The notes below the pieces were generated by a model. The model was not told the DNA's origin and made no database searches. It worked only from the letters and a program-made list of their open reading frames with translations. A DNA stretch of 59,846 bases from NCBI GenBank assembly GCA_013239625.1, contig MU054194.1, positions 214,071 through 273,916 of the forward strand. The letters run 5' to 3'. The position numbers were made by a program, and so were the translations under genes. Numbering within the stretch: position 1 is the first letter of the stretch; each line of letters starts with the position of its first letter. Shown here piece by piece: positions 29,396 through 43,203 of this stretch. The DNA comes from Lama guanicoe. Taxonomy: Eukaryota.

Positions 29396-30327
29396 GGTAA
29401 TAGATACAAACTACCACACATAAAATAAACAACAAAAATTTAGTGTATATCATAGGGAATTATACCCAATATATTATAATAATCTATAAAAGAATATACC
29501 CCGGGAGGGGGGAGGATCACTATGCCATACACGTGAAATTAACACAATATTGTAAACCAATTATTATTCAATTTAAAGAAAAAAGCCCATAAATAACAAA
29601 GGTTGGTGAGGCTGTGGAGAAAAGAGAACCCTTGTACACTGTAGGTGAGAAATTAGTGTGGAAATTGGTATAGGCACTGTGGAAACAGTAGGGAAGTTCC
29701 TCAGAAAACTAAAAATAGAACTACTCCATGATCCAGCCATTCCACTCCGGGGTACATAGCCAAAGAAAGTGAAAACATTAATTTAAAAAAGATACATGCA
29801 CCTCAATGTTCAAAACAGTATTATTTATAAAAGCCAAGATATGGAAGCAACCTAAGAGTCCATCAACAGATAAAAGGATACAAATGATGATATATTCATA
29901 CACAATGAAATACTACTTGGCCATAAAAAGAATGGAATTCTGCCATTTGCAACAACATGGCTGGACGTGGACAGTATTATACTTCATGAAAGACAAATAC
30001 ATATATATATATATATATATATATGATCTAAAAAAATAAAACAAATCAATCAGTAGGAAAAAACAGAAACAGACTCACAGGAACAGAGAACAAACTAGCG
30101 GTTACCAGCAGGAGGAGCAAGACAGTTGTAGGGGATAAGCAGGTACAAACTACTACATTTAAAATACATAAGATAATGTACAACACAGGGAAAATAGCCA
30201 ATATTTTATAATAACCTTCAATGGAATATAATATAAACTTTTGTATCACCATATTGTGAAACTTAAACTAATATAATATTGTAAATCAACAATACCTCAA
30301 TAAAAATATCCAGCCTTTCCAAAAAAG
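29396..30327 (+). mobile_element. L1 3' end fragments inserted into the tandem array
   Basis: L1 ORF2 C-terminal peptide (29806-30039) and two 3' UTR ends. Confidence 0.8.
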
Positions 30328-30681
30328 ATGTATATATAATACATGATTTTTATATTGCTACTTTTAAGTAAAGTTTTGGAAAGTATTATTTAAGTGAAGG
30401 CATGTGTTTATCATAATGCAAACAAACATGTAAAAAATAATTTTGTAAGAGTGCTACTTGATTGAGATGTTGAAAACATTGTTATTGCAGTGAACGGATG
30501 TGTTGTCCACACTTTTATGTGTGTAATGCATTGTGTAAAGACACAGGTATAAAGGATATTCCTTGACTGTTACTGTAGATTAAATTTCAGAACAGTGTTA
30601 TTTCCGTGTTTGGATGTGTTCACCCTACTGTAATGCATGTAAAATCACGCTTAAACAGACATACAGAAGATGACTTTAAGA

Positions 30682-31968
30682 AATCTCCATACTGTTTCCC
30701 ACAATGGCTACACCAAACAACATTCCCACCAACAGTAGGAGGGTACCCTTTTCTTCACATCCTCTCCAGCATTTGCCATTTGTGGACTTTTTAATGATAG
30801 CCATTCTGACTGGTGTGAAGTGACACGTCATTGTAAATTTGATTTGTACTTCTCTGATAATTAGCGATGCTGACCATTTTTTTCATGTGCCTATTGGTCA
30901 TTTGTATGTCTTCATTGGAGAATTGTTTTGGTCTTCTGCCCATTTTTGGATTGGTGTGTCTTTTTTTATTATTATTAAGTTGTGTGAGTTGTTTGTATAT
31001 TCTGGAAATTAAGCCCTTGTCAGTCTCATTTTTGCAAATATTTTCTCCCATTCTGTAGGTTGTTGTTTTGTTTCACTTATGGTTTCCTTTGCTGTGCAAA
31101 AGCTTGTAAGTTAAATTAGGTCCCACTAGTTTATGTTTGATTTTATTACTGTTGCCTGGGTAGACTGCCCTAGGAGAGCATTGCTAAGATTTATGTCAGA
31201 AAATGTTTTGCCTATGTTTTCTTCTAAAAGGTTATAGTGTTTTGTCTTATGTTGAAGTCTTTAAGCCATTTTGAGATTATTTTTGTGTATGGTGTGAGGG
31301 AGTATTCTAACCTCCTACTTACCATATGATTCAGCAATCCCACTCCTGGGCATATATACAGAGGGAACCTTAATTCAAAAAGATACATGCACCTCAAATG
31401 TTCATAGCAGCACTATTTACAGTAGCCAGGGACATGGAAACAACCTAGATGCCCACTGACAGATGACTGGATAGAGAAGTTGTGGTATATTTATACAATG
31501 GAATACTACTCAGCCATAAAACAGAATAAAATAATGCCATTTGCAGCAACATGGGTGGACCTGGAGATCGTCATTCTAAGTGAAGTAAGCCAGAAAGAGA
31601 AAGAAAAATACCATATGATATCACTTATATGTGGAATCTAAAAAAAGACAAATGAACTTATTTACAAAACAGAAACAGACTCACAGACACAGAAAACAAA
31701 CATGGTTACTGGCAGGGAAGGGAGTAGTTAGGGATAAATTGGGAGTTTGAGATTTGCAGATACTAAAGAGTATACATAAAATACATAAACAACAAGTTTA
31801 TACTGTATAGCACTGGGAAATAATATTCAATTTAATGAAAAAATATGAAAGCAAATATATGTATGTATATGTATGACTGAACTATTATGCTGTACACCAG
31901 AAACTGACAGAACATTGTAAACTGACTATAATTCAATACAAAAACAAAAGAAAAGAAAAGTAAAGTAA
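30682..31968 (+). mobile_element. 5'-inverted (twin-primed) L1 with 15-bp TSD
   Basis: 30682-~31311 is reverse-strand ORF2; ~31317-31968 is the adjoining forward 3' end with an A-rich tail. TSD AAGATGACTTTAAGA at 30667-30681 and 31969-31983. Confidence 0.92.
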
Positions 31969-32514
31969 AAGATGACTTTAAGAGTGCTAGTGCTTCTGCT
32001 GAGTGAACTTTAGAACAGCGTTATTTCAACGTCTGGATGTGTTCACCACATGTATATAAATGTATGTAAAACCGTGTTTAAACAGACTTATATAAAACTT
32101 GACTTTAAGAGTGTTAGTTACTTCTAAAGTGGAGAATAGTGTTATTTCATTGAGGGGATGTTTTGATCACACTATTCTACCTGCAAAACAATGTTTAAAG
32201 ATACATGTATATTAAGTCTTGTAAGAATGCCACTTTTTCATGAAGTTGAGGACAGTTTCAATTTTAGTGAATATATTCTCCACACATGTAAAAGAGTATT
32301 TAAAGACATATGTATTAAACACATTCTAAGAATCTTTTTTTTTCTTTCAAAGTCAAAAACATTGTTCCGTCAGTGAACAGATATGTTGAACACTTTGTTC
32401 TGCACTATTTGTTTAAACACTGTATAAGGATTCATGTATAAAAGCTATTTCTAATAGTGCTATTTTCTTTTGGATATAATGCTCTTTTGGTGAATAGATG
32501 TGTTCACCAAACTC

Positions 32515-33000
32515 TAATTTTGGGGAAAATCACTTCTGTGCATGCAATCTTTCTACCTCGACTTGGCTGCATAAGGTCTCGGACCTGGAGCACTTCCTTT
32601 CTGAAAAACAAATAGCCCACACAGCCTCTCCTTGGCTTATCACTTTGCACGGATTTTTTTCTTTTAAAGGCCAAACATATTATAATTTGGTCTGCTTAAC
32701 TGTATTCCCAAAACACTGCTATATCTGTCCTGTGAGAATGGGATTAGGTTCTCCCACTGTGGCATGAGATGGGTGCACATAGACAAAATCCTCTCTGTTG
32801 GCTGCTAGAAGAGACCTGCTAGTCGTGGGGACCACACTCACTATAGAAGCTGAACTTGCCTTGTCTCTTGTAAACAAAGCATTGTTACATCCAGTGCTTG
32901 AATATTTTGTGTCATTCTTGGTGATACCGATACCAAGATGCTATGGGCAGAAATGTTCAAGTCCCTCCCCTGTGATTGGTAACTGGTGCATGGTGTTTTG
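32515..33000. mobile_element. Old LTR-like fragment (family uncertain)
   Basis: LTR-like composition with a degraded poly(A)-signal region (taaacaaagcattgttacatccagtg). No confident family. Confidence 0.35.
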
Positions 33001-33040
33001 CTCCCCAGGTCCAAGACCAAGGAGAGCCACTTAGAAATCT

Positions 33041-33059
33041 GGCCTCCCCCTGGTGGCTA
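33041..33059 (-). promoter_or_regulatory. CTCF-motif match
   Basis: Reverse complement TAGCCACCAGGGGGAGGCC is close to the CTCF core CCACCAGGGGGCGC. Confidence 0.45.
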
Positions 33060-34886
33060 ACACACTGATTGTGATCCTGGTTGCAGATCTGGAAACAGAT
33101 CCATGACCCTGTAGACACAGCTATATTCCCAGTTGGTGTCGGTGCTGCCATCAGCAGCATAAACCAAAGGTCCTTGGAGGAGTCGTGCACACCAGTGTCT
33201 AGAGAAATAAATTTGAAAACTTTGTTCCTGAAGAGTCATCTATGACTCAGCTCTAGGCACTCGAGGCTGTAGAGCAGGAGCCTCTAAAAGTAAGCCCACT
33301 AAATTCAATCTGACTATACATCTTGAAATGACACTCTAACTTGGCTCCAGCCCTTCCCAGCTGTAGTCAGAGAGCAGTCTTGCCTGCCCAGGGACCAGAC
33401 AGGAACCACGCCTGTCTGCTCACCTGGTTATAGGATTGCAGTCAAAGGACTCAACAGTGGTCCCTGAAATTCACTTGTCCCAGCACCACCCTAGTGAACA
33501 AAGTTCTGGAGGCACTCTAGTCCACCCAGGGGCCAGACAAGAGCTACACCTGCCCAGGTCCCTAGCACAAAGCCCACAAAGCATGTACCCCACTGCAGAT
33601 GCAGCAACAGCCTCATGACCCAGTTCAAATCCAGAACAACTGTGACTCCACACAAAATCCCGTCAACCCAGGGAACTGACAGGATAAAATACTTACCTTC
33701 CCAAACCAATCTGCAAAGACTGGAAGAGGTGTCTGCTCCCTCCAGTACACAGACACCAATGAAAGTGTGCATGGATCATTAAAAATCAGGCAACTATGAC
33801 ACAACCAAGAGAAAACAATACTCTAGTAAGTGGCACCAAACAAATGGGAATCTATACATTGCCTGACAAAGAATTAAAAATTATCANNNNNNNNNNNNNN
33901 NNNNNNNNNNNNNNNNNNNNNNNNNNNNNNNNNNNNNNNNNNNNNNNNNNNNNNNNNNNNNNNNNNNNNNNNNNNNNNNNNNNNNNNNNNNNNNNNNNNN
34001 NNNNNNNNNNNNNNNNNNNNNNNNNNNNNNNNNNNNNNNNNNNNNNNNNNNNNNNNNNNNNNNNNNNNNNNNNNNNNNNNNNNNNNNNNNNNNNNNNNNN
34101 NNNNNNNNNNNNNNNNNNNNNNNNNNNNNNNNNNNNNNNNNNNNNNNNNNNNNNNNNNNNNNNNNNNNNNNNNNNNNNNNNNNNNNNNNNNNNNNNNNNN
34201 NNNNNNNNNNNNNNNNNNNNNNNNNNNNNNNNNNNNNNNNNNNNNNNNNNNNNNNNNNNNNNNNNNNNNNNNNNNNNNNNNNNNNNNNNNNNNNNNNNNG
34301 AGCTTATTTAAATAAACAACAGCTCAAAATTCCAAAATACTGGGAGAGATATGGGTACCCAGATACATGAAGCTCAAAGGGCCCAAGTGTGGTCAACCCA
34401 AATAAGGTTATCTGATACATATTATAGTCAAATCATTAAAAGTCAAAGACAAACACAGAAATTTGAAAACAGCAAGAGGAAAATGACTCATCACATGCAA
34501 GGGAACCCACATAAAGCTATCAGTAGATTCCTCAGCAGAAACCTTGCAGATCGGGGTGGGGGGGGACTGAGATTGTAGATGCAGGGAATAAACAAGATGT
34601 ATTTATTTTTAAACTACCAACTGTAGATACTATACCATGCAAGACGTTCCTTCAGAAATGGAGGAAAGATAAAGACTTTCCCAGACAAATAAAAGCTGGG
34701 GGGTTTCATCACCAATAGATCTGCTTTATGAGAAATGCTAAAGGAAGTTCTTCAAATTGAAATAAAAGGACATGACATAACAACATGAAAACATACAAAA
34801 CTAACAACAACATTTAAATTATAGTAACTTATATAAAACTCACTGGTAAAGCTAACCATATTGTCAAAAAATTCAAAATATATTGT

Positions 34887-35998
34887 AATGATGATGCATA
34901 GATCATTTTTGTCTCTAGTATAACATTTAGAAGACAATTGAGTTAAAACAATTATACCTGCAATAATTTGTTAATGGGTGCACGATATAAAAATTATAAA
35001 TTATGATGTCAATATTATGAAATGTGGGTGAAGAACAGTATAGAGCCTTCGTATGCCATTGAAGGTAAGTTGTTTTCAACTTAAAACAAACTGTTATATC
35101 CATAATATGTTTAACGTAGGCCTTGGGCTAGCCACAAAGGAAAAAACATCTAGAGGTAAAGGTAAAGGAATTAAAGTGTACCACTACAAAAACTAAAATG
35201 GGAAGCAGCAAGAAAGGTAGAAAGTAACAAAGCAATATCAAAACAGAAAAAAAATGGCAATAATAAGTCCTTACCTATCAATAATTACTATAAAAGTAAA
35301 TCAATTAAATTCTCCAATCAAAAGAAATAGTGTGGAAGGATACAAAAGAAAAAAATGTTTCAAGAATATGCTGGGTAAAGGAGACTCACTCTAGCTTTAA
35401 GGACACAAATAGTCTGAAAGTGAAGGAGTGGCAAAAGATAAAAATGATGATGCATAGGTCATTTTTGTCTCTAGTATAACATTTAGAAGACAATTGGGTT
35501 AAAACAATTATACCTGCAATAATTTGTTAATGGGTGCACAATATAAAAATTATAAATTATGATGTCAATATTATGAAATGTGGGTGAAGAATAGTATAGA
35601 ACCTTTGTATGCCATTGAAGGTAAGTTGTTATCAACTTAAAACAAACTGTTATATCCATAATATGTTTAACGTAGGCCTTGGGCTAGCCACAAAGGAAAA
35701 AACATCTAGAGGTAAAGGTAAAGGAATTAAAGTGTACCACTACAAAAACTAAAATGGGAAGCAGCAAGAAAGGTAGAAAGTAACAAAGGACTGTCAAAAC
35801 AGAAAAACAAAATGGCAATAATAAGTCCTTACCTATCAATAATTACTATAAAAGTAAATCAATTAAATTCTCCAATCAAAAGAAATAGTGTGGAAGGATA
35901 CAAAAGAAAAAAATGTTTCAAGAATATGCTGGGTAAAGGAGACTCACTCTAGCTTTAAGGACACAAATAGTCTGAAAGTGAAGGAGTGGCAAAAGATA
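34887..35998. repeat. Tandem duplication of about 555 bp (34887-35440 and 35443-35998)
   Basis: Two near-identical copies from aatgatgatgcata to gcaaaagata with about ten scattered differences. Confidence 0.95.
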
Positions 35999-36075
35999 TC
36001 CCATGGAAATGGTAACCAAAATATAGCAGGAGTGGCTACACTTGCAATAGATAAAATAGACTTGCAATCAAAATT

Positions 36076-37168
36076 GGTCACAAGGGACAAAGAAGGTCAC
36101 TAGATGCTGATAAAGTTGTCAATTAACCAATTTGATACAACAGCTGTAACCTGGAAGACATTACGCTAAGTGAACTTAGCCAAGCAGAGAAAGACAAATA
36201 CTACGTGATCTTACTTATATGTACAATCATAAAAGTGGTACCCATTGAACCAGAGAGTAGAAAAACAGTTACCAAGGGTTGGGGGTTGGTGGGGAAAATA
36301 GGCAGAAGTTCATCAAAGGGTAATAAATTTTAGTCATGCGATAAATAAGTTTTAGGGGTATATTTTACAACATAGTGACCAGAGTTAATAATACTGCATT
36401 GCACTTTGCTTGAAATTTGATAAAAGAATAGACTTCGTGTTCTCACCATACTGGAGGAAAAAAAAAGGTAATTATGTGGGGTGATAGATGTGTTAACTAG
36501 CTTGACTTCACAATGTATAACTATCAAACCATCATGTTGTACACCTTAAATATACACAATCTTTATTTGTTACTTAAACCCCAATTAACTGGTGGGAGAA
36601 AAACACCCTCCAAACAAAGAAGGTCACAAGGGACAAAGAAGGTCACTAGATGCTGATAAAGGTGTCAATTAACCAATTTGATACAACAGCTGTAACCTGG
36701 AGGACATTACGCTAAGTGAACTTAGCCAAGCAGAGAAAGACAAATACTACATGATCTCACTTATATGTACAATCATAAAAGTGGTACCCATTGAACCAGA
36801 GAGTAGAAAAACAGTTACCAAGGGTTGGAGGTTGGTGGGGAAAATAGGCAGAAGTTGATCAAAAGGTAATAAATTTTAGTCATATGATAAATAAGTTTTA
36901 GGGGTATATTGTACAACATAGTGACCAGAGTTAATAATACTGTATTGCAGTTTGCTTGAAATTTGCTAAGAGAATAGACTTCGTGTTCTCAACATACTGG
37001 AGGAAAAAAAAAAGGTAATTATGTGGGGTGATAGATGTGTTAACTAGCTTGACTTCACAACGTATAACTATCAAACCATCATGTTGTACACCTTAAATAT
37101 ACACAATCTTTATTTGTTACTTAAACCCCAATTAACTGGTGGGAGAAAAACACCCTCCAAACAAAGAA
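36076..37168. repeat. Tandem duplication of about 546 bp (36076-36621 and 36622-37168)
   Basis: Near-identical copies from ggtcacaagggac to caaacaaagaa. Confidence 0.95.
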
Positions 37169-39238
37169 AGCCTAGAACAAAATGACTTCACTATTAAATT
37201 CTAGCAAATATTTGAACTACAACAACAAAAAATATCTAATTTTTTCTTAACCACTTCCAAAATGTGGAGCTAAGGGACCATTTCAAAACTCACCTTTTTG
37301 AAGCCAGCCTTACTCTGATACCAAAGACAGACAAAGACACTACAAGAAAAGAAAACTACAGGCCATTGTCCCTGATGAATATAGATGTGATAATCCCCAA
37401 CAGCATACCAACAAATCAAATTCAACAGTGCATTAAAAGGATCAGACAGCATGACTAAGTGAGACTTATCCCTGGAATGCAAGGGATGTTTCACCTTTTG
37501 CAGTTCAACTAATGTGATACATCACGTTAAGAGGATGAAGGATGAAAATCATATGGCTATGTCAAGAGGTATGAAAAGACACATTTATCAGAATTCAAAA
37601 TACTTTCATGATAAAAACTAGATATAGAAGCGTTGTATCACAAACATAATAAAGGCCATACATGACAAGCCTACAACCCATGTTCTATTTAATGGCAAAG
37701 AGAGAGAGAGAGAGGAGGGAGAGAGCTTTTCCCCTAAGATCAGGAACAAGACAAGAGTGCCCACCCTCACCGCTTCTTATAAAACATAGTACAAGAAAAT
37801 CCTAGTAAGAGCATTTAGGCAAGAAAAGACAAAAGAAAGGCATCCAAAGCAGTAAGACAGAAATAAAAAATATCTGTTTTCAGATGATATGATCTTGTAT
37901 GTAGAAAATCCCAAAGAATTCAAAAACGCTGTTAGAACCAATACATACATTAAGTAGAGTACCAGGATACAAAGTCAACATACAAAAATTGGTTGGTTTC
38001 TATAGACTAATAAGAGCTCTCTGAAAATTAAATTAAGAAAGCATTCCCCATGCAAACAACAGCACATCGCTAGTAAATTATAAAATACTGAAAGTTAGTA
38101 AAGACTAAACCAAAGACTCCGTGAAAGAAGAATCTGGTCATGTATAAAAGGACAAGAATTAGAATGGCATTGGACTTCTTGAAAAAGAACTGGATTCAAC
38201 AGTAACATCTTTTGAGTTTTACAATCAATACATCCTCAAGTACAAAGATGCAGAGATTACGTCCCATACGCTTTCTGGTGAAGTTATAAAGGATGTGCCC
38301 TAGAAAAACAAGGCAATACACAAAGAAAGAAAAAGAATGGGATCCAGAAACAACCCCTTCAACTCAGGAGAGCAAAAAAAGGCAACATCCTTGTGTTAAC
38401 AGTGGGGCAGCCAGAGTAGAGAGTGTATAGTCCTCATTGAAGAAATAAGACTGGGGGTTTTGAGACAGAGGTCTCCAAGAAAGCAGCATTAGTTACTGGA
38501 TAAGTGAGTCTTTGGATTAATACAGACTATCTGCATATGCACATCAAATCCAGGAGGGGAAGAAAAAACAAGAATTCTAGAAATTGCTGGATCGGGGGAG
38601 AAGGAGAGGCTGTTCAAGAAAGTAAAATTGAATTAGCTGAAACCAGAGTTTGTATTTGGAGGATAGTCAGGAAGTCACTAGGTAAGGCCTACACTGGATA
38701 AAGCAAGAAATGGCAGAATGAAGACATTATTAAGAAGAAATATAGAGGACTACCAAAATAAGTAGCAAGAAGAATGTAAAGTGACTGTTTCTGGTAAGTA
38801 GGCCAGAGGTGGAGTAGAATAAGATGAAGTTACTTATATCTTTTTTTTNNNNNNNNNNNNNNNNNNNNNNNNNNNNNNNNNNNNNNNNNNNNNNNNNNNN
38901 NNNNNNNNNNNNNNNNNNNNNNNNNNNNNNNNNNNNNNNNNNNNNNNNNNNNNNNNNNNNNNNNNNNNTGGAGAATCAGAAGATGATGAATTTGAATTGA
39001 GGGATTGTCAACATATTTTAAGTGCCCAATAAAAATAAAAACTGCATTCTTATTAGTGGTCAGGGAAATGCAAGTTAAGACTACAGTGATATGCAGTTTC
39101 CCACACTAAACTGGATGGGTACATTTAATGTGTTTAAAACATATGTATTGTTGTTCATACTATTTTTAAACTCAAGAGAAAACATTTGTTTGCATCATTC
39201 ATTTGGGATGCATTTTTAAAAGCCTCTGCAGTGCTCAC

Positions 39239-39361
39239 TAAATCAATTTCTCCTATTCTCTGTAAGCAAATATTTGGCAATTCATTCAAGATCACCTCTA
39301 CAGTTGAATTTCTAAACTTTTTGAGGTGACAGGACATGTATATGACATAACATTGAAACAC
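39239..39361 (-). CDS. Probable exon F of the minus-strand gene (or a terminal exon running to the stop at 39155)
   Basis: Strong acceptor ttttcttgttctccag|G in non-repetitive DNA. Only phase 0 is open (VFQCYVIYMSCHLKKFRNSTVEVILNELPNICLQRIGEIDL). Donor TTA|gtgagc, or read-through to the stop at 39155 with minus-strand ATTAAA at 39124-39129. Confidence 0.5.
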
Positions 39362-42300
39362 CTGGAGAACAAGAAAACATGCAATCCAATTCCAACTTTT
39401 CCTTTCAGGCTTGATTTTCTTCTTTACCTGACTCTCATACAGTCAAGGACACTGCTTTGCAAATTACAAGCATTCAGTATTTTTTCTATGTTTTAATACT
39501 GTCATTTAGTTAGGGAAGGATAATCGAGCTCATAAGTGTTTTTTTTTTTCCCTTTCAAGAAATACTAACTGAAAGCATAAGTTGATGGCATTCATCCTTG
39601 CCATTCTTCTCTTACCCTTTACTTTTATTGTGTTTCTATCCAAACAGTTAAGTTGTATTTGTGAACAAGTGCTCTGTGTGAGTGTAGATGGATCAGCAAA
39701 AAAGATAAAATGATGCATTCAGAAAATGACCCTGCTTCCTTGCTCTGCTGCTGCCTCCTGACCAAAGAATTCCCATGCAGTGTCTCCCATGCAGACATTG
39801 CCTGTGTATAACTTGGCTCAGTGCATTTTGTCTGTGTAACTTTTACCACTCCAAAGGACTATGCAGTGAATATGGCAATGGAACACTAGTGTGACAGTGA
39901 ATTTTAATCACCTCCTTATTAAGTTTATTCAGAAAAGAAAAATTAGGAAGTGTGCTTTGCCATGAGAGAAAAGACATGTGCTGTTGAGGTTTGGACACAT
40001 GTTAAGTAACAAACAATTCCTGTGCAAGATTAGGCTTCTTTTGAGGAGCAGATAAAATCCAGAGGACAATGATTCTATCAGATTTGACTAACAGCCAACA
40101 AACTTCCAGCTGGTATCCAAGCTAGATTTAAGAGGAAAACAAACTTCATTTCATTTTGCAATTGACTTGAAGTGCTTCTTAATGGAAAAACAAACTAGCA
40201 GAACCCAAGTTGCTGCTTTACTTACTATAAACACTGGCAGGCTTAGAGGTAGTTATTTGAGGTTTACTTGTCTAAATTTTGAGCTAGTAGGCATTTGTTG
40301 ATCATTCATCTATTTAAAGCCAACTGTGTGGAGCAAGTGTAAGGTGTGAAGATTGATGTGGACCAGGATCTGTGAATCAGTTGCATGGTACACCAAAAAG
40401 AGTTGCTAGTGGTTTTGTTCCTTTTGAAGTTTTGCATACTGATTCAGAGCAGGTTGAAACTGAGGGTATTTTCCAAATAAAGGATACAATTAAAAAACTG
40501 CTCATCTTTTTCTAATCTGTTGCTAATTTTTACTCATTAGTGATTCTTTAGGGTCATGAAAAGTGAATTCTCTATAATCAAATGAGAATTCCAGGAGAAG
40601 GGGCTATTGAAATTGTCCCTTTGACTCCATGATTAATACACAAATCTCCTTCAAATCCTGTATCAAGGGCTGTGTATCCCATATCTGGAGGCTCACTTCT
40701 ATCCTCAAATCTAGACCCAATCTAACTCTTAGCAGGAGAAACTTTATTTCTCAGTAACAAAACAGTCTTGGCACAAGATTGNNNNNNNNNNNNNNNNNNN
40801 NNNNNNNNNNNNNNNNNNNNNNNNNNNNNNNNNNNNNNNNNNNNNNNNNNNNNNNNNNNNNNNNNNNNNNNNNNNNNNNNNNNNNNNNNNNNNNNNNNNN
40901 NNNNNNNNNNNNNNNNNNNNNNNNNNNNNNNNNNNNNNNNNNNNNNNNNNNNNNNNNNNNNNNNNNNNNNNNNNNNNNNNNNNNNNNNNNNNNNNNNNNN
41001 NNNNNNNNNNNNNNNNNNNNCTCCAAATAGACAATCTTGAGAAAGTATAACAACATACTTCTTGATTTCAAAATACATTACAAAGCAAACAATTAAAACA
41101 GCATGGTACTGGCACAAAAACAGACCTATAGACCAATGAAATGAAATAGAAATCCCCCAAATATGCCCAGACATGCATTGTCAATTGGTTAGTCAACAAG
41201 AGTGCCCATACTACACAATGGGGAAAGGAGAATCTCTCCAACAAATGCTGTTGAGAAAAGTGAATATCTACATGCATGAGAATAAAATTGCAGCTTTATT
41301 TAATCCAAAAGACTACTCAAAATGGATTAAAAGCTTTAGCATATAAGACCTGAAAGTGTAAATCTACCAGAAGAAAATTTAGGGAAAAATCTTCACGTCA
41401 TTGGTCTAGTAAATGATTTCTTGGCTAGAACACCAAAAGCACAAGAGGAAAAAAAAAAGGAAAAATAGGCAAGTGAAACTATATCAAACTGAAATGGCTT
41501 CTGCTTGGCAAAGGAAACAATCCACAGAGAGAAAAAGGTAACCTTGGAATGACAGAAAATATTGGCAAACCATGTATCTGAAAGGGGGTTAATATCTAAA
41601 ATATATCAAGAACTCCTATAACTCAATAACAAAATAACCCAGTTAAAGAATGGGCAAAAGGACCTAAAAAACCTTAATGAGATATCAGCTCACACCTGTA
41701 AGTATGGAGGTCTTGTGTACTAAAAAAATATAATGAGTGCCGGCGAATTTGTGGAGTAATTCATATCCTGTGCACTGCTGGTGGGAATGTAAAATGACAA
41801 AGCTGCTGTGGAAAATGAAAATGTAGGTTTCTCAAAACAAAATAAATAAATAAACATAGAACTACTATGTGATCCTGCAGTCCCACTTCTGAGTATATAT
41901 CCAAAAGAGCTGAAATCAGGATTCCAACGACATATCTGCACTCTTGTGTTCCTGGCAGCATTATTGACAATATCCAAGATATGGAAACACCTGAATTTCA
42001 TCAAAGGATGAATATATAGAGGAAATTTGGTATATGCACACAGTGGAATGTAATTCAGCCTTAAAAACAGGAGGAAATCCTGTCATATGTGTCAACATGG
42101 ATGTACCTGAAGGACATTATGCTGAGTGAAGTAAGCTGATCACAGAAGGACAAATACTGCATGATTCCACTTACATGAGGTACCTAAAGTAGTCTAATTC
42201 ATAGGAACAGAGAACGGTGGTTACCAGAGGGTGGAGGGAAAGAGAAATGGGAAATTGGTGTCCAATGGGTGAAAAATTAGGTATACAAGATTAATAAGTT

Positions 42301-43203
42301 CTAGATATCTGCTGTACATCATTGTGCTTATAGTTAATAATACTGTATTGTGCACTTAAAAATTTTTTATGAGGGTAGATCTCATGTTAAGTGTTGATAC
42401 CACGATAAAAAATGTCGTATGTATGTGTAATGGAATCTTATTCAGCCTTACAAAGGAATGCAATTCTGGTGCAGGCTGAAACATGGATAAACCTTGAAGA
42501 CATTATGCTAATTGAAATAAGCCAGATACAAAAGGACAAATACTGTATATACTTCACTTATGTGAAGTGCATAGAATGGTCAAATACACAGAGACACAAA
42601 GTAGTATGGTGGTTACCAGGGTCTGGAGATAGGAGAGAATAGGGAGTTATTGTTTAATGGGCACAGAGTTTCCGTATGGGAACATGGAAATTTCTGGAGA
42701 TGGATAGTACTGGTGGGTGCGCAACAATGTTAGTGTACTTAGTGTCACTGGATCACACACTTAAAATGATTAAAATGGTAAATTTTATGGTATGCGTATT
42801 TTGCCAAAGTAAAAATAAAACAGAACAATAAAAATATGCTGTAGGGTTTATAAAATGTGTAATAGTAATATATATGACAACATAGCATAAAGAACATATG
42901 AGGGGGGAGAAATGGAAACTTACTATTATAAATTTGTATTGTANNNNNNNNNNNNNNNNNNNNNNNNNNNNNNNNNNNNNNNNNNNNNNNNNNNNNNNNN
43001 NNNNNNNNNNNNNNNNNNNNNNNNNNNNNNNNNNNNNNNNNNNNNNNNNNNNNNNNNNNNNNNNNNNNNNNNNNNNNNNNNNNNNNNNNNNNNNNNNNNN
43101 NNNNNNNNNNNNNNNNNNNNNNNNNTAACAAAGGAAAGATAGAAAACAAAGAGCATGAAAAACAACTATATCAATAATCACATTAAATTTAAATGGCCTA
43201 AGT

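Larger units (their letters stand above)
29290..32510. repeat. Degenerate tandem array of about 9 units of ~95-120 bp, interrupted by L1 insertions
   Basis: Recurring AACAGTGTTATTTCAGTGAACAGATGTGTTCACC-like core at about 29343, 30392, 30488, 30604, 32027, 32148, 32265, 32371 and 32489, with shared gtaaaac..tttaaagac..tgtata..taagagtgcta spacers. Confidence 0.75.
33000..38050 (+). mobile_element. Degenerate LINE-1 (5' UTR, ORF1, ORF2 pieces) containing two tandem duplications
   Basis: ORF1-like peptides 33796 and 34351-34578, endonuclease 35888-36103, RT peptide 37264-37458 (ENYRPLSLMNID). Confidence 0.8.

Noticed and set aside
29290..32510. CRISPR array or C2H2 zinc-finger array
   Set aside because: Mammalian DNA. 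The whole unit repeats without unique spacers, the period is not 84 bp, and there is no C2H2 or TGEKP pattern.
33796..34311. Long ORFs crossing N runs (gaps 24501-24740, 33887-34299, 38849-38968, 40782-41020, 42944-43125)
   Set aside because: Artefacts of assembly gaps.
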